Origin: Alphaproteobacteria bacterium
Lineage (GTDB): Bacteria > Pseudomonadota > Alphaproteobacteria > Bin95
Direction: 5' to 3'
Length of the DNA: 64,000 nucleotides
Assembly: GCA_964291285.2 (NCBI GenBank)
Contig: OZ219786.1
Coordinates: 512,001 to 576,000 of the forward strand
Shown: positions 16,636-25,504 of the stretch, one piece after another
How positions within the stretch are numbered: position 1 is the first letter of the stretch
How the letters are laid out: each line of letters starts with the position of its first letter
Made by a program: the position numbers and the translations under genes
The notes under the pieces: model-generated
Told to the model about the DNA's origin: nothing
The model's database searches: none
The model's input: the letters and a program-made list of their open reading frames with translations, nothing else

Positions 16636-18455
16636 TCCCTGCGCTCCCCGACCCTGAGCGAGACATCCCAAAACGCCATCGGGCCGTCCCTGCCGACATA
16701 TCGGCCCTCGCCGAACACGGTGTTGCCGGCGGCGCTTCGCACGACGCCGTCGCTCGTCAGCGCGATGGACCGGATGCCGGCCTCGTCGAGGCTGCGCAAC
16801 TCGCCCGGATCGCTCTCGCCGTCCCGGTCGAGGTCCTGCCAGACCCGGAACAGGGCCCACTCCGCATCCTCGGGGCCGAGCGCGCCGTCGCCGTCGGTGT
16901 CGAAGTGGCGGAGGCCCTCCAGGTCCGTGCGCGCGCCCGGCACATAGGAGACGAAGGACAGTTCGTCATGCGCCGCGATCCGCCCGTCGCCGTCCTTGTC
17001 GTAGGCAAGGAAACCGTCGTCGGGCGCCGCCCAGGCCATGCGGGTGCGGTAGCCGTCGCCGTTGATGTCGTAGAACGCGGTCGAGTCCTCGAGCGCCACC
17101 AGTTCCACGCCGTCCCCGTCAAGGTCCAGCACGATCGGCTTGGCGCCGCCGCCGCCGCCGTTGTTGTTGCCGGTGTTGTCGCCGAAGCCCACACTGGCGT
17201 CGTTGTCGTCCGGGTCGTCTCCGGCCTCGGTCCCGTCATTGTCATTGTCAGCTCCTCCCGGGCTCTCACCCTCGTTGCCGGGCAGGACGGGATCGGTCGG
17301 CGGCGGCCGGGTGGGCGGCGGCGTCCTGGGCCTGTCGGGAGGATCGGGATCGCCCGGCCGGGGAGGCGCGACCGGATCGGGCGTTACCGGAGCCGGGCGC
17401 CACGGCGGGTCCTGCGGCGGCGGCGGAGGCCGGCAGTTGTTGTCGGTGCGCACCAGGCGCCGGGCCCCGACCAGGCGCCATGTCCGCACCACCTCGGCGC
17501 CCGGACGGACCTGGAAGTCCCGATACTGCGTGTCCTGCTCGTAATGCGAGGTGCAGCCGCCCGACCACCCCGAGGGGCAGGAGCAGGAGCCCGTGGTGCG
17601 CTGCACCGGCCCCGCATACAGCCGGATCACCGGGTCCGGGAGCGGGTCCGGGGCCGGCGCCTGCGCATACACATGCGGGCAGAGGCCGCCGGCATGGCGC
17701 CACGGCCCGCATTGCGCCTGCGCGCCGAGACCCGCCCGGCGGTCGCAGTCGCGCGGCCAGAGATGCGCCGCGTCCGGCGCCGTCGCCGCAAGGTCCCGGC
17801 CCCGCGCGTCGCCCGCCCCGCGAATGTCCGTCGCCTGGATCGGAACACGCCGCGACTCGCGGAAGGTCTCCGTCGCCGAACCCGGACAGGCCACCGTCCG
17901 GAACTCCGTCTCCCAGCGGAACCCCGTCACCGTGCGCGCCGGATCGGCCACCGCCCCCACAAGCCCGACACGATCCTCCCCCAGCGAGGGAACCGACATG
18001 CAGGCCGGCAGCGACGCGTCGGCCCGCCCGAGCGCCCCCGCCGCAATGCGCGTGTTCGCCAGGATCACATGCAGCCCCGCCCGGCCGCCCCGCACCGGCG
18101 CCACCTGAACCTCGCGATGGCCCCGGCCCACGCCCTTCAGCTCGTCGCTGGCCGCATGGACCGCCAGCACCCCGCCGCAATAGCGCGCCGTCAGGCCCCG
18201 CGCCGTCCAGGACCCGAGCCACCAGGCCCCGGAGGGCGGGTCCGAGGCGCCGTCCCATTCGCTCCGCCAGAGCCGGGCCGCGTCCGTCACGCGGATGCGC
18301 TCCCCGACGCTCGCAAAGGCGGTCCGGATCGCCGCCGCATGCGCCAGCGCCTCCTGGCGCCGCGTCCGGTCCGGATCGCCCGTCTGCGCCACGGCGCCGG
18401 GCGCGATCGCGGCGAGGGCCAACGCCAGCGCCGCTGCGGTTCCCGCCGTTCTCAT
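16632..18455 (-). CDS. Secreted Cys/Pro-rich adhesin-like protein with C-terminal FrpC-type self-processing-module-like Ca-binding domain
   Basis: Sec signal; Cys-rich segments; PIVLDLDGDGVEL..DDGFLAYDKDGDG..FRVWQDLDRDGESDPGELRSLDEAGI parallels the Neisseria FrpC SPM. Confidence 0.8.
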   Translation of the reverse strand: MRTAGTAAALALALAAIAPGAVAQTGDPDRTRRQEALAHAAAIRTAFASVGERIRVTDAARLWRSEWDGASDPPSGAWWLGSWTARGLTARYCGGVLAVHAASDELKGVGRGHREVQVAPVRGGRAGLHVILANTRIAAGALGRADASLPACMSVPSLGEDRVGLVGAVADPARTVTGFRWETEFRTVACPGSATETFRESRRVPIQATDIRGAGDARGRDLAATAPDAAHLWPRDCDRRAGLGAQAQCGPWRHAGGLCPHVYAQAPAPDPLPDPVIRLYAGPVQRTTGSCSCPSGWSGGCTSHYEQDTQYRDFQVRPGAEVVRTWRLVGARRLVRTDNNCRPPPPPQDPPWRPAPVTPDPVAPPRPGDPDPPDRPRTPPPTRPPPTDPVLPGNEGESPGGADNDNDGTEAGDDPDDNDASVGFGDNTGNNNGGGGGAKPIVLDLDGDGVELVALEDSTAFYDINGDGYRTRMAWAAPDDGFLAYDKDGDGRIAAHDELSFVSYVPGARTDLEGLRHFDTDGDGALGPEDAEWALFRVWQDLDRDGESDPGELRSLDEAGIRSIALTSDGVVRSAAGNTVFGEGRYVGRDGPMAFWDVSLRVGERRE

Positions 18456-19744
18456 CCCGCACTCCCCGCCGCGCCGTCCGCTGTGCCGTCCACCGGCAGG
18501 CCCGTCAGCGCCGTGAACTCGCTCTGAAGCATCCGGAACGGGCGGGCCCGCCGGCAGGCGAATACCCAGCCCCCCTCCCGGCTCCACGCCGCGGACACCA
18601 CCTCCAGGCCCTCGACCGCCGTCAGCATCGCGACCGCCTCGCCCAGCGGGCGCACGGTCCGCAACTCCACCTCGACCTCCGCTCCCCACTGCCCGTAGCC
18701 GATATCGAACCCCCGCAGCCCCAGCGCCCTGTCCAGGCGGCGGCGGAACGCGGCAGGCTCCGGCCAGGGCGCGGCCTCCGGGTCGTGGCGCGCCAGCACC
18801 GCCGGCAGCGGGCTGAACGCCGCCGCCGTTCCCGTGTTATCCAGAAGGGCGTTGCGCCAGTCTCCCAGCATGTCCTGCGCCAGAGGCACATGCACGCGCG
18901 GGTCGAGGCCCTCGCGCAGGCCCCAGTGCACCTCCAGCACCGCCTGCCCGGACAGGCCGCCCGGCGACAGGCCGGACCGCGCCTGCACGAAACGCGGATG
19001 GCACGCCGCCCCCTGCCGCTCCCACCCCGACATCGTGACCCGGTGCGCCTCCAGCGCCGCCCGGCAGTGCCGCAGGAACGCCCCGCTCCGCACCACCGCA
19101 TCGACCATGGGCGGTTCCTCCGGCGGCGCCTCCTTCAGACCGGCGAATACCAGTATCTCGTCCCGATGGTTCCAGGCCGGCCAGGCCCCGCCGCCGGCCA
19201 GCACCAGCAGCGCCGCCGCGATGCCCGCGCGCCAGGTCAGGCGCACCTTCGGCGCCTCGACCATGACCGGCAGGCCCGCCGCCGCGCCCGCAAGCGCCCC
19301 GCTCTCGACAACCGCCCCGGCCCCGAACAGCTCCGCAAGGCCCGGCGTCGCGATCACTGCCGCATCCTGGCCGCCGGCGCCGCCCAGCGCCCGGTGCGCC
19401 TGGTCCGCCGAACGGTAGACGCTCTCCCCGCCCGGCAGGATGCGCCCGCCCGCGCTCCGCACGACCCCGACACGGTTGCCGCCGTCCTCCTCCACGAAGG
19501 CCGCCCAGGCGGCAGGCGCCCCCGCGCCGCCGGAGGCCAGCACCGCCCGCAGCGCCCCGGCAAGCGGCGGCAGGCCGCCCGGCGCCTCCGCCGCCCCCAG
19601 AAACCCCGTCTGCCCGTCAAGCTCCACCATCCAGGCATGGCCGCGCTCGCGCGCCGCCCGCGCCGCACGGCCCCGGGACAGCACATCCCGCTCCCAGTCG
19701 AGACCGGCCGCAAACCGCCGCCCGCCCACCGCCAGCACGCTCAT
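18452..19744 (-). CDS. pilO: Type IVb pilus accessory protein PilO2-like
   Basis: N-terminal FAAGLDW motif, central TM helix, located directly after the secretin. Confidence 0.7.
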   Translation of the reverse strand: MSVLAVGGRRFAAGLDWERDVLSRGRAARAARERGHAWMVELDGQTGFLGAAEAPGGLPPLAGALRAVLASGGAGAPAAWAAFVEEDGGNRVGVVRSAGGRILPGGESVYRSADQAHRALGGAGGQDAAVIATPGLAELFGAGAVVESGALAGAAAGLPVMVEAPKVRLTWRAGIAAALLVLAGGGAWPAWNHRDEILVFAGLKEAPPEEPPMVDAVVRSGAFLRHCRAALEAHRVTMSGWERQGAACHPRFVQARSGLSPGGLSGQAVLEVHWGLREGLDPRVHVPLAQDMLGDWRNALLDNTGTAAAFSPLPAVLARHDPEAAPWPEPAAFRRRLDRALGLRGFDIGYGQWGAEVEVELRTVRPLGEAVAMLTAVEGLEVVSAAWSREGGWVFACRRARPFRMLQSEFTALTGLPVDGTADGAAGSAG

Positions 19745-21417
19745 CCGCCCGCCTCCCGGTCCGCGCCCGCCGGTCCTGCACCGCCGCCCGCAGCCGCGAC
19801 CGGAGCCGGGCCGAACCCAGCCCGCTCCGATATCCCAAGAGGCGCCCCGATCTCCGCCGTCACCAGAAGCGCCGTCTCCACACGCGCCAGGTCCGCCTTC
19901 CGGCGGCCCTCCGGGAACGGCACGTCCTCATGGACCGTCCCCGACCGGGTGCCCGTGGACGAACGGTCCCGGAAGCCCGTCAGCAGCAGCGTCTCGCCCC
20001 GCGCGATGCGCTGCGTCGCCACGATCGCGCGCCGCCCGCCCGCAGGAAGCTGGATCGCGTTGCCCGCAGAGCCGAAGGACGTGAACGCCGGACGGTCCTG
20101 GATCGTCGCCGTGATCCGCGCCAGGACCTCGTCATGCCCCACGACCCGCGCCACGAAACTCAGACCGAACCCCGACGACACCGTCCCCGGCGTCAGCTTG
20201 TACGACCGCACCCCGTCCTTGACCTCCGTGGCGACCTCCTTCAGGTAGGCCTGGTCGAACAGGTCGTAGAACTGCGCCGGGCGCCCGTTCAGCGTCGGCA
20301 CGTCCACCGACAGCAGGCGCGAGGTCGTGCCGACCTTGCGGAGCGCGCTCACCGTCGCATCCAGCGTCTTCGTTCCGGCGGTCACCGGCTTTACTAACGA
20401 AATCGCGCCGCCCTGGAACCCGACCTGCAGGTTCGACCCGAACGCCTCCGGCAGCAGCCCCGTCAGACCCACCTCGTAGTCCGAGCCCCGGTCGAACCGC
20501 ACCGAGTAGAGATGCACGCTCAGCGTCACCGGGCGCAGCACATGCCGGTTCACATGCTCCAGCCAGGACCGCACACGGTCCACCGCCCGCGGCAGGCCGG
20601 TCACCGTCACCGTCGAGGCCGCCGCCGAGATCGACACCCGGCCTTCGGAACCCGCGGCAGCCCAGGCCTGCGCCCCGATCTCCGACCAGGGCTCGTAGCT
20701 CATCTCCGAGGAGATCGACTGCTCCGAACTCCCCGAGGTCGCCTCGCCGCCGCTGCCCGAGGTTGTCGTCGTCACCGACCAGGTCTGGCGCCCGACCAGC
20801 GCATGCACCCCGAACACCCGCGTCTCGGAGCGCACCACCTCGACCAGCTCCGCCTCGCCGTCATACTGCCACCGGTAGCCCGCGCACTCCGTCCACGCGT
20901 CCAGCAGCCGGTCCAACGGACCTGCCCACACGCCGGCCTCGCCGGCCAGTTCGTCCTCCCAGGAGGCCAGCCAGGCCTCGCACGCGCCGCCCGTCGGCGC
21001 CGGCTCGCCATCCGTCGGCGCATCCGCCCCGTCCATCGGTGCATCCACGCCGTCCATCGGCGCCGGCTCGTTGTCCCTGTGGGCGGCTCCCTGCCACACG
21101 GCCCCGGTCAGCTGCACCCCGATGCCGGTCGCATCGGATATGCGGCGCGCCAGGACCTCGTCCCCCGGACCGTCGCCGAGCGTCACCACGATCCCGGTCT
21201 CCGACCTCAGATCGGCCGGAAGAAGGGAACGCTCCGGCGCCACCGCCGTCAGCGCAAGATACGGGTCCTTCGAGCGCGTGAGAGAGCGGAAACCCGGCCG
21301 CTCCGGACCCGGAGACCCGAGCGAATCAAGCCGGCCCTCTACCTCCGAGGCCGCCCGGTCGACCTCCTCATGATCGAGCCAGCCGCAGCCCGGCAGCGCA
21401 ATGGCCGCCGCCAGCAA
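19741..21417 (-). CDS. pilN: Type IVb pilus lipoprotein secretin (PilN/BfpB/TcpC family)
   Basis: Lipobox LPGC; GPLDRLLD N-domain; TLNGRPA, LTPGTVSSG and GETLLLTGF secretin motifs; start uncertain. Confidence 0.85.
   Translation of the reverse strand: MLAAAIALPGCGWLDHEEVDRAASEVEGRLDSLGSPGPERPGFRSLTRSKDPYLALTAVAPERSLLPADLRSETGIVVTLGDGPGDEVLARRISDATGIGVQLTGAVWQGAAHRDNEPAPMDGVDAPMDGADAPTDGEPAPTGGACEAWLASWEDELAGEAGVWAGPLDRLLDAWTECAGYRWQYDGEAELVEVVRSETRVFGVHALVGRQTWSVTTTTSGSGGEATSGSSEQSISSEMSYEPWSEIGAQAWAAAGSEGRVSISAAASTVTVTGLPRAVDRVRSWLEHVNRHVLRPVTLSVHLYSVRFDRGSDYEVGLTGLLPEAFGSNLQVGFQGGAISLVKPVTAGTKTLDATVSALRKVGTTSRLLSVDVPTLNGRPAQFYDLFDQAYLKEVATEVKDGVRSYKLTPGTVSSGFGLSFVARVVGHDEVLARITATIQDRPAFTSFGSAGNAIQLPAGGRRAIVATQRIARGETLLLTGFRDRSSTGTRSGTVHEDVPFPEGRRKADLARVETALLVTAEIGAPLGISERAGFGPAPVAAAGGGAGPAGADREAGG
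20991..21070. repeat. Imperfect 21-bp in-frame tandem repeat in pilN (APMDGVD/APMDGAD/APTDGEP)
   Basis: Seen directly in DNA and protein. Confidence 0.7.
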
Positions 21418-21539
21418 AACGGCCCGGACAGCCGCTCCGGAACCCGATGCGAAGCCGCTCGAACCGCCCGAAAGTCCTTGCCGCGCCGTGGTTGACAGGA
21501 CCCCGAATCCCTCTCACCTTGTCTCCGAATGCGAAGGTC

Positions 21540-21855
21540 GGTCGGCTGCCAATCATGAACATGACCGCGTTGTATGTCTTCGATATCGACCAATCAAGAA
21601 AACAAGGCCAAATCAGCAAAAATGTTTCACTACATTTTTCTCAACCCGCGCCAATCATCACCTCACTATCCAATCATTTCAACAACTTGGCGAAACCGCG
21701 CCCGGCAAAAATCGACACCGACTGTTCAAGTTGGGCTTGAGCATCGAGGACTTGGCGTTCTCCACGAGATGGAGTATACAGAAGGGTGCAGGGTAACTGC
21801 TTAAAAGTCGTTACCTGCCCTCAGAATGTGTCGAATGGCATGTGAAGGAGTTCGA
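21540..21855. promoter_or_regulatory. AT-rich divergent intergenic region between the pil operon and cas8e
   Basis: Sharp GC drop; imperfect inverted repeat GCAGGGTAAC..GTTACCTGC at 21788-21818. Confidence 0.5.
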
Positions 21856-21963
21856 ATGCTAATCACCATCCGAGAGACCTGTTGCCGCGTCCGCCGCTTG
21901 CTGTCGACATTGCGAGTCCGGGTTGCGGCGGGCATCGAGATTCAGGTATGCCGCCGCCCATGA
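21856..21963 (+). CDS. 35-aa small ORF translationally coupled to cas8e
   Basis: GAAGGAG RBS at 21844-21850; MLITIRETCCRVRRLLSTLRVRVAAGIEIQVCRRP; TGA overlaps the cas8e ATG (ATGA at 21960). Confidence 0.4.
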   Translation: MLITIRETCCRVRRLLSTLRVRVAAGIEIQVCRRP

Positions 21964-22995
21964 CGACATCCTGCAACACACCACTGAATTTGATTCGCGC
22001 TCCCTGGCTACTGCTCCGGCGGCGAAGCGGGCATGTGCAACAGGTTGCGCCATTTCGAGTTGTTGATGGGATCGACAACGATCCTTTCGTCGCGTTCGCC
22101 TGGCCCCGGCCCGATTTCAACGGGGCCGCCCACGAGTTCCTGATCGGGCTGCTGAGCACAACTGCCGCGCCGGAAAACGGGGACGAATGGGAGGATTGGT
22201 GGGCGGAGCCGCCCGCGCCCGAGGTTCTGTGGGGCCGGTTCGAAGCCGTCGCGGATGCCTTCGACCTCGACGGTCCCGGCCCCCGCTTTCTGCAAGATAT
22301 TGATCCGCTCGACGGCGCCGATGAAAAGACGGTTGCCGCGCTCCTGATCGACACGCCGGGCGCACAGACGCTGCGCAATAATGCCGACCTCTTCGTGAAG
22401 CGTGGCAGCGCTCCAGTTTTGGGGCGAGCCGCGGCGGCGATGGCGTTGTTTACGCTCAATGCCTATGCGCCATCGGGCGGTGCCGGGCACCGCACCTCTC
22501 TTCGCGGCGGCGGGCCCCTGACGACGCTCGCACTTGCAGGCGACCATTTGTGGGGCCGGCTCTGGCCCAATGTCGAGACGGTCGAATCGATCAAGGACCG
22601 CTGGCCGCGTCCCTCGCTGCCGCCTGACGATCCGGCTGCGATGTTCCCTTGGCTTGCCCCGACTCGCACATCCAACCCGAAGGCCGGTGGACAGGCGACC
22701 ACGCCTGCTGACACACACCCGCTGCAGGTATATTGGGGCATGCCCCGGCGCATCCGTCTGGCGTTTGAGAAGTCGCAAGGTCGGCGTTGCGCGCTTACGG
22801 GCGTCGAAGACGAGGTGGTCGTCGCGGCGTACCGGACCCGGAATTATGGCGTCAACTACTCCGAAGGCTTCGAGCATCCACTGACGCCCTACTACGCCCA
22901 GAAGGCTGGTAGTGAAAGGCTTCCCGTGCATCCGCGACCGGGTGGGCTCAGCTACCGGCACTGGCCTGGTCTGGTGGCGCCGAGTGCCGACGGGT
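21960..22995 (+). pseudogene. casA: Type I-E CRISPR Cascade large subunit Cas8e/Cse1, 3'-truncated by an IS
   Basis: NLIRAPW, PRPDF..EFLIGLL, RFLQD, APSGGAGHRTSLRGGGPLTTL, YWGMPRRIRL and EHPLTPY motifs; the frame runs into IS sequence at 22996 and stops at 23117. Confidence 0.9.
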
Positions 22996-25007
22996 CAGGG
23001 CGAATTAATTGTCTGCCTTTGGGCCATGTTGAGGTGGGGTCCGGGGTGGCTATTTTTTTCTTGATATGGCAGTGTGCCGGTCATGGCGAGGTTTCTGTTT
23101 GCGGGTGTTTGGGTTGATCTTCGCGCGGTCACGGTGCGCCCGACCTGGGGGGCACGGGAGCACCGGCGCTGGGACGATTTGGTAGCGGCGCACCACTATC
23201 TGCGGTTCCACGGCATCATCGGCAAGGGTCTGCGCCATGTCGCGGTTCATGGCGAGGCCTGGCTTGCCCTGGTTGGCTGGCAGCCTGGAGCGTTCAAGGT
23301 GGGAGCGCGGGACCGCTGGATCGGGTGGTCGGCGGAGCAGCAGTTCCGTCGCCTGCATCTGGTTGCCAACAACTCGCGCTTTGTCATCCTGACGCCTGAG
23401 CGGGTTCCCAACCTTGCCTCGCGGGTGCTGGGGCTGAGCGTGCGGCGGCTGTCGCAGGACCTGCGGGCGGCGCATGGCTATCCGGCTGTTGTGGCGGAGA
23501 CGTTTGTGGACGTCTCGCGCTTCGCCGGCACCTGCTACCGCGCGGCCAACTGGCGCTCTTTGGGTCTGACGCGCGGCTTTGCCCGCGAGCCCGGAGGGGT
23601 GGCGCGCTGGCGTCACCACGGCCAGCCCAAGGAGGTCTTCGTGTTCGAACTGACACACGGCGCCCCCGAGGCGCTGAGCCATCCCGAGATACCGGCAGAC
23701 TGGAACGCTGAGCAGCACACCGAGCCGATGGCGGCGCCCCGGCTGCGCAGCCTGTTCGAGTGTTTGGGCGAGGTGCCCGAATACCGCCATGCCCGGGGCA
23801 AGCGCTATGCGCTCACCACCATTCTGACGCTGGCCGTTGCCGCCCGGCTTGCCGGATACCGGGGTGTGAACGCCTTCGCCCAGTTCGCCGCCCTGCTCTC
23901 CCAGAAGCAACTCAAGGCGGTGGGCGCCTTCTGGAGCCCATCCAGGCAGTGCTACACGCCGCCGGCGGTCACCACCTTCCACAACATCCTCGCCGCCCTG
24001 CCGCCACAGACCCTGGACAATGCCATCGGCCAGTGGGCCGGACAGCACAGCAGTGCGCACGCGCCTGTGGCCATGGACGGAAAGGATTTGCGCGGTGCCT
24101 CGAAGCAGAGCGAAGACCGGCGCAGGAGGATGGTCGCTGCGGTGGCGCATGACACCGGCGTGGTCCTCGGGCAGGTCGAAGTCAGCTCCAAAAGCAACGA
24201 AATCCCGGCCGTGCGCGAACTCTCCAGCGGTCTCGACCTCACAGGCCGGATCGTCACCATCGATGCGATGCACGCCCAGCACGAGACCGCGCGTTGCCTG
24301 CTCGAACGCCGTGCCGACTACGTGGTCAGCGCGGTGAAGGGCAACCAGCAGACCATCCTCGAAGACCTCAAGGCGATCGACTTCAGCGATGCGCCCTGGC
24401 ACGAAACCGTCGACAAGGGCCATGGTCGCATTGAGCGCCGACGCTGCGCCGTCGTCGACCTCTGCGCTGCCGAGTGGGACGGCTACGCCCACCTTCACGG
24501 GCGCCGCCAGGCAATGCGCATGGAACGCGAGCGCAAGATGCTCAAAACCGGCAAGCGCAGCATCGAGGTCACCTGGAGCCTGACGTCGCTTGGCGCAGAG
24601 CGAGCCGGCCCCAAGGAGCTTCTCGATCTGGTGCGCAACCACTGGCACATTGAGAACCGTGTGCACTATGTGCGTGACTTCACCTATGACGAAGACCGTT
24701 GCCGGGCATATGTGCGCCACCTGCCCGGAAATCTGGCCTGCTTGAGCAACGCGGCCATCGCTATCGTGCGCTGCGACGGACGCTTCCGATATGTACCCGA
24801 GGCCAACCGGCACTACGCCGCCCGCGCCCAAGAGGCCCTCGACGCGATTATGATCGCGCCCAGAGGCTGATACCCCACCCCCCACCGCAATACAGGCTCG
24901 GGCCGAAGAACGGCGCAGCAAAACAACTGCGCCCGTCGAGGACGAAAACACTGGACCGCGGCATCAAGAAACCACCATGACGGCGGCCAGAAACGTCTGG
25001 GGTTCCC
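22996..25007 (+). mobile_element. ISAs1-family insertion sequence (left end CAGGGCGAATT; right end not identified)
   Basis: CAGGGC terminus at the casA breakpoint; transposase inside; right boundary approximate. Confidence 0.65.
23074..24870 (+). CDS. ISAs1 transposase with N-terminal DUF4338 (DruA-like) domain
   Basis: HHYL, NNSRFVIL, NLASRVL, ETFVD and GTCYRAANW (DUF4338); MDGKDLRG, KSNEIPA, DAMHAQ, KGNQ, HGRIE and HWHIENRVHYVRD (ISAs1 DDE). Confidence 0.9.
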   Translation: MPVMARFLFAGVWVDLRAVTVRPTWGAREHRRWDDLVAAHHYLRFHGIIGKGLRHVAVHGEAWLALVGWQPGAFKVGARDRWIGWSAEQQFRRLHLVANNSRFVILTPERVPNLASRVLGLSVRRLSQDLRAAHGYPAVVAETFVDVSRFAGTCYRAANWRSLGLTRGFAREPGGVARWRHHGQPKEVFVFELTHGAPEALSHPEIPADWNAEQHTEPMAAPRLRSLFECLGEVPEYRHARGKRYALTTILTLAVAARLAGYRGVNAFAQFAALLSQKQLKAVGAFWSPSRQCYTPPAVTTFHNILAALPPQTLDNAIGQWAGQHSSAHAPVAMDGKDLRGASKQSEDRRRRMVAAVAHDTGVVLGQVEVSSKSNEIPAVRELSSGLDLTGRIVTIDAMHAQHETARCLLERRADYVVSAVKGNQQTILEDLKAIDFSDAPWHETVDKGHGRIERRRCAVVDLCAAEWDGYAHLHGRRQAMRMERERKMLKTGKRSIEVTWSLTSLGAERAGPKELLDLVRNHWHIENRVHYVRDFTYDEDRCRAYVRHLPGNLACLSNAAIAIVRCDGRFRYVPEANRHYAARAQEALDAIMIAPRG

Positions 25008-25423
25008 CAAAACCTTCATTGTCGGGCGGGTCGGCCACCCCGTATCATGAAAACAGGTGCCGGCCGCGCGGGCGGGACTTCGGGCTTTTACGGGGTTGCC
25101 TACCGGTCAGGGTCCGCAAGACGGGCGCCGCAGATGGCGAGTATCGGACGCCTCGGGAGCAGTGCTTTGGCGGGGAGGTTTTTTTTGCGCCCGATCCCCA
25201 ACAATTTTCACGGCAAAACCTTCATTGTCGGGCGGGTCGGCCACCCCGTATCATGAAAACAGGTGCCGGCCGCGCGGGCGGGACTTCGGGCTTTTACGGG
25301 GTTGCCTACCGGTCAGGGTCCGCAAGACGGGCGCCGCAGATGGCGAGTATCGGACGCCTCGGGAGCAGTGCTTTGGCGGGGAGGTTTTTTTTGCGCCCGA
25401 TCCCCAACAATTTTCACGGCAAA
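25008..25423. repeat. 206-bp tandem duplication, apparently exact (25008-25213, 25214-25419), with CAAA at the junctions
   Basis: Direct comparison, including the T8 run in both copies. Confidence 0.9.
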
Positions 25424-25504
25424 CACCGGCAGCCAGACCGACATCACTCAGACAAAGCCCGCGGTTCGACTAAAAATTTTCCCTGGCGCGCCGGGCGGGG
25501 CGAC

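Noticed and set aside
375-20248. Long + strand ORFs such as 2787..5666, 9168..11144 and 17480..20248
   Set aside because: Arg/Pro/Ala-rich shadow frames of very GC-rich minus-strand genes, with no recognisable motifs.
23074-23700. Druantia anti-phage system
   Set aside because: The DUF4338 domain is fused to a transposase and there is no DruE helicase or other dru gene.
25008-25213. c-di-GMP riboswitch or other structured RNA in the 206-bp unit
   Set aside because: Only short matches (GGCAAA, GGGTTGCC); the conserved core spacing is not evident by eye.
21500-25500. CRISPR array near cas8e (including GGTTCCCC at 25001)
   Set aside because: No regularly spaced 28-30 bp repeats; the 206-bp duplication has identical units and no spacers.
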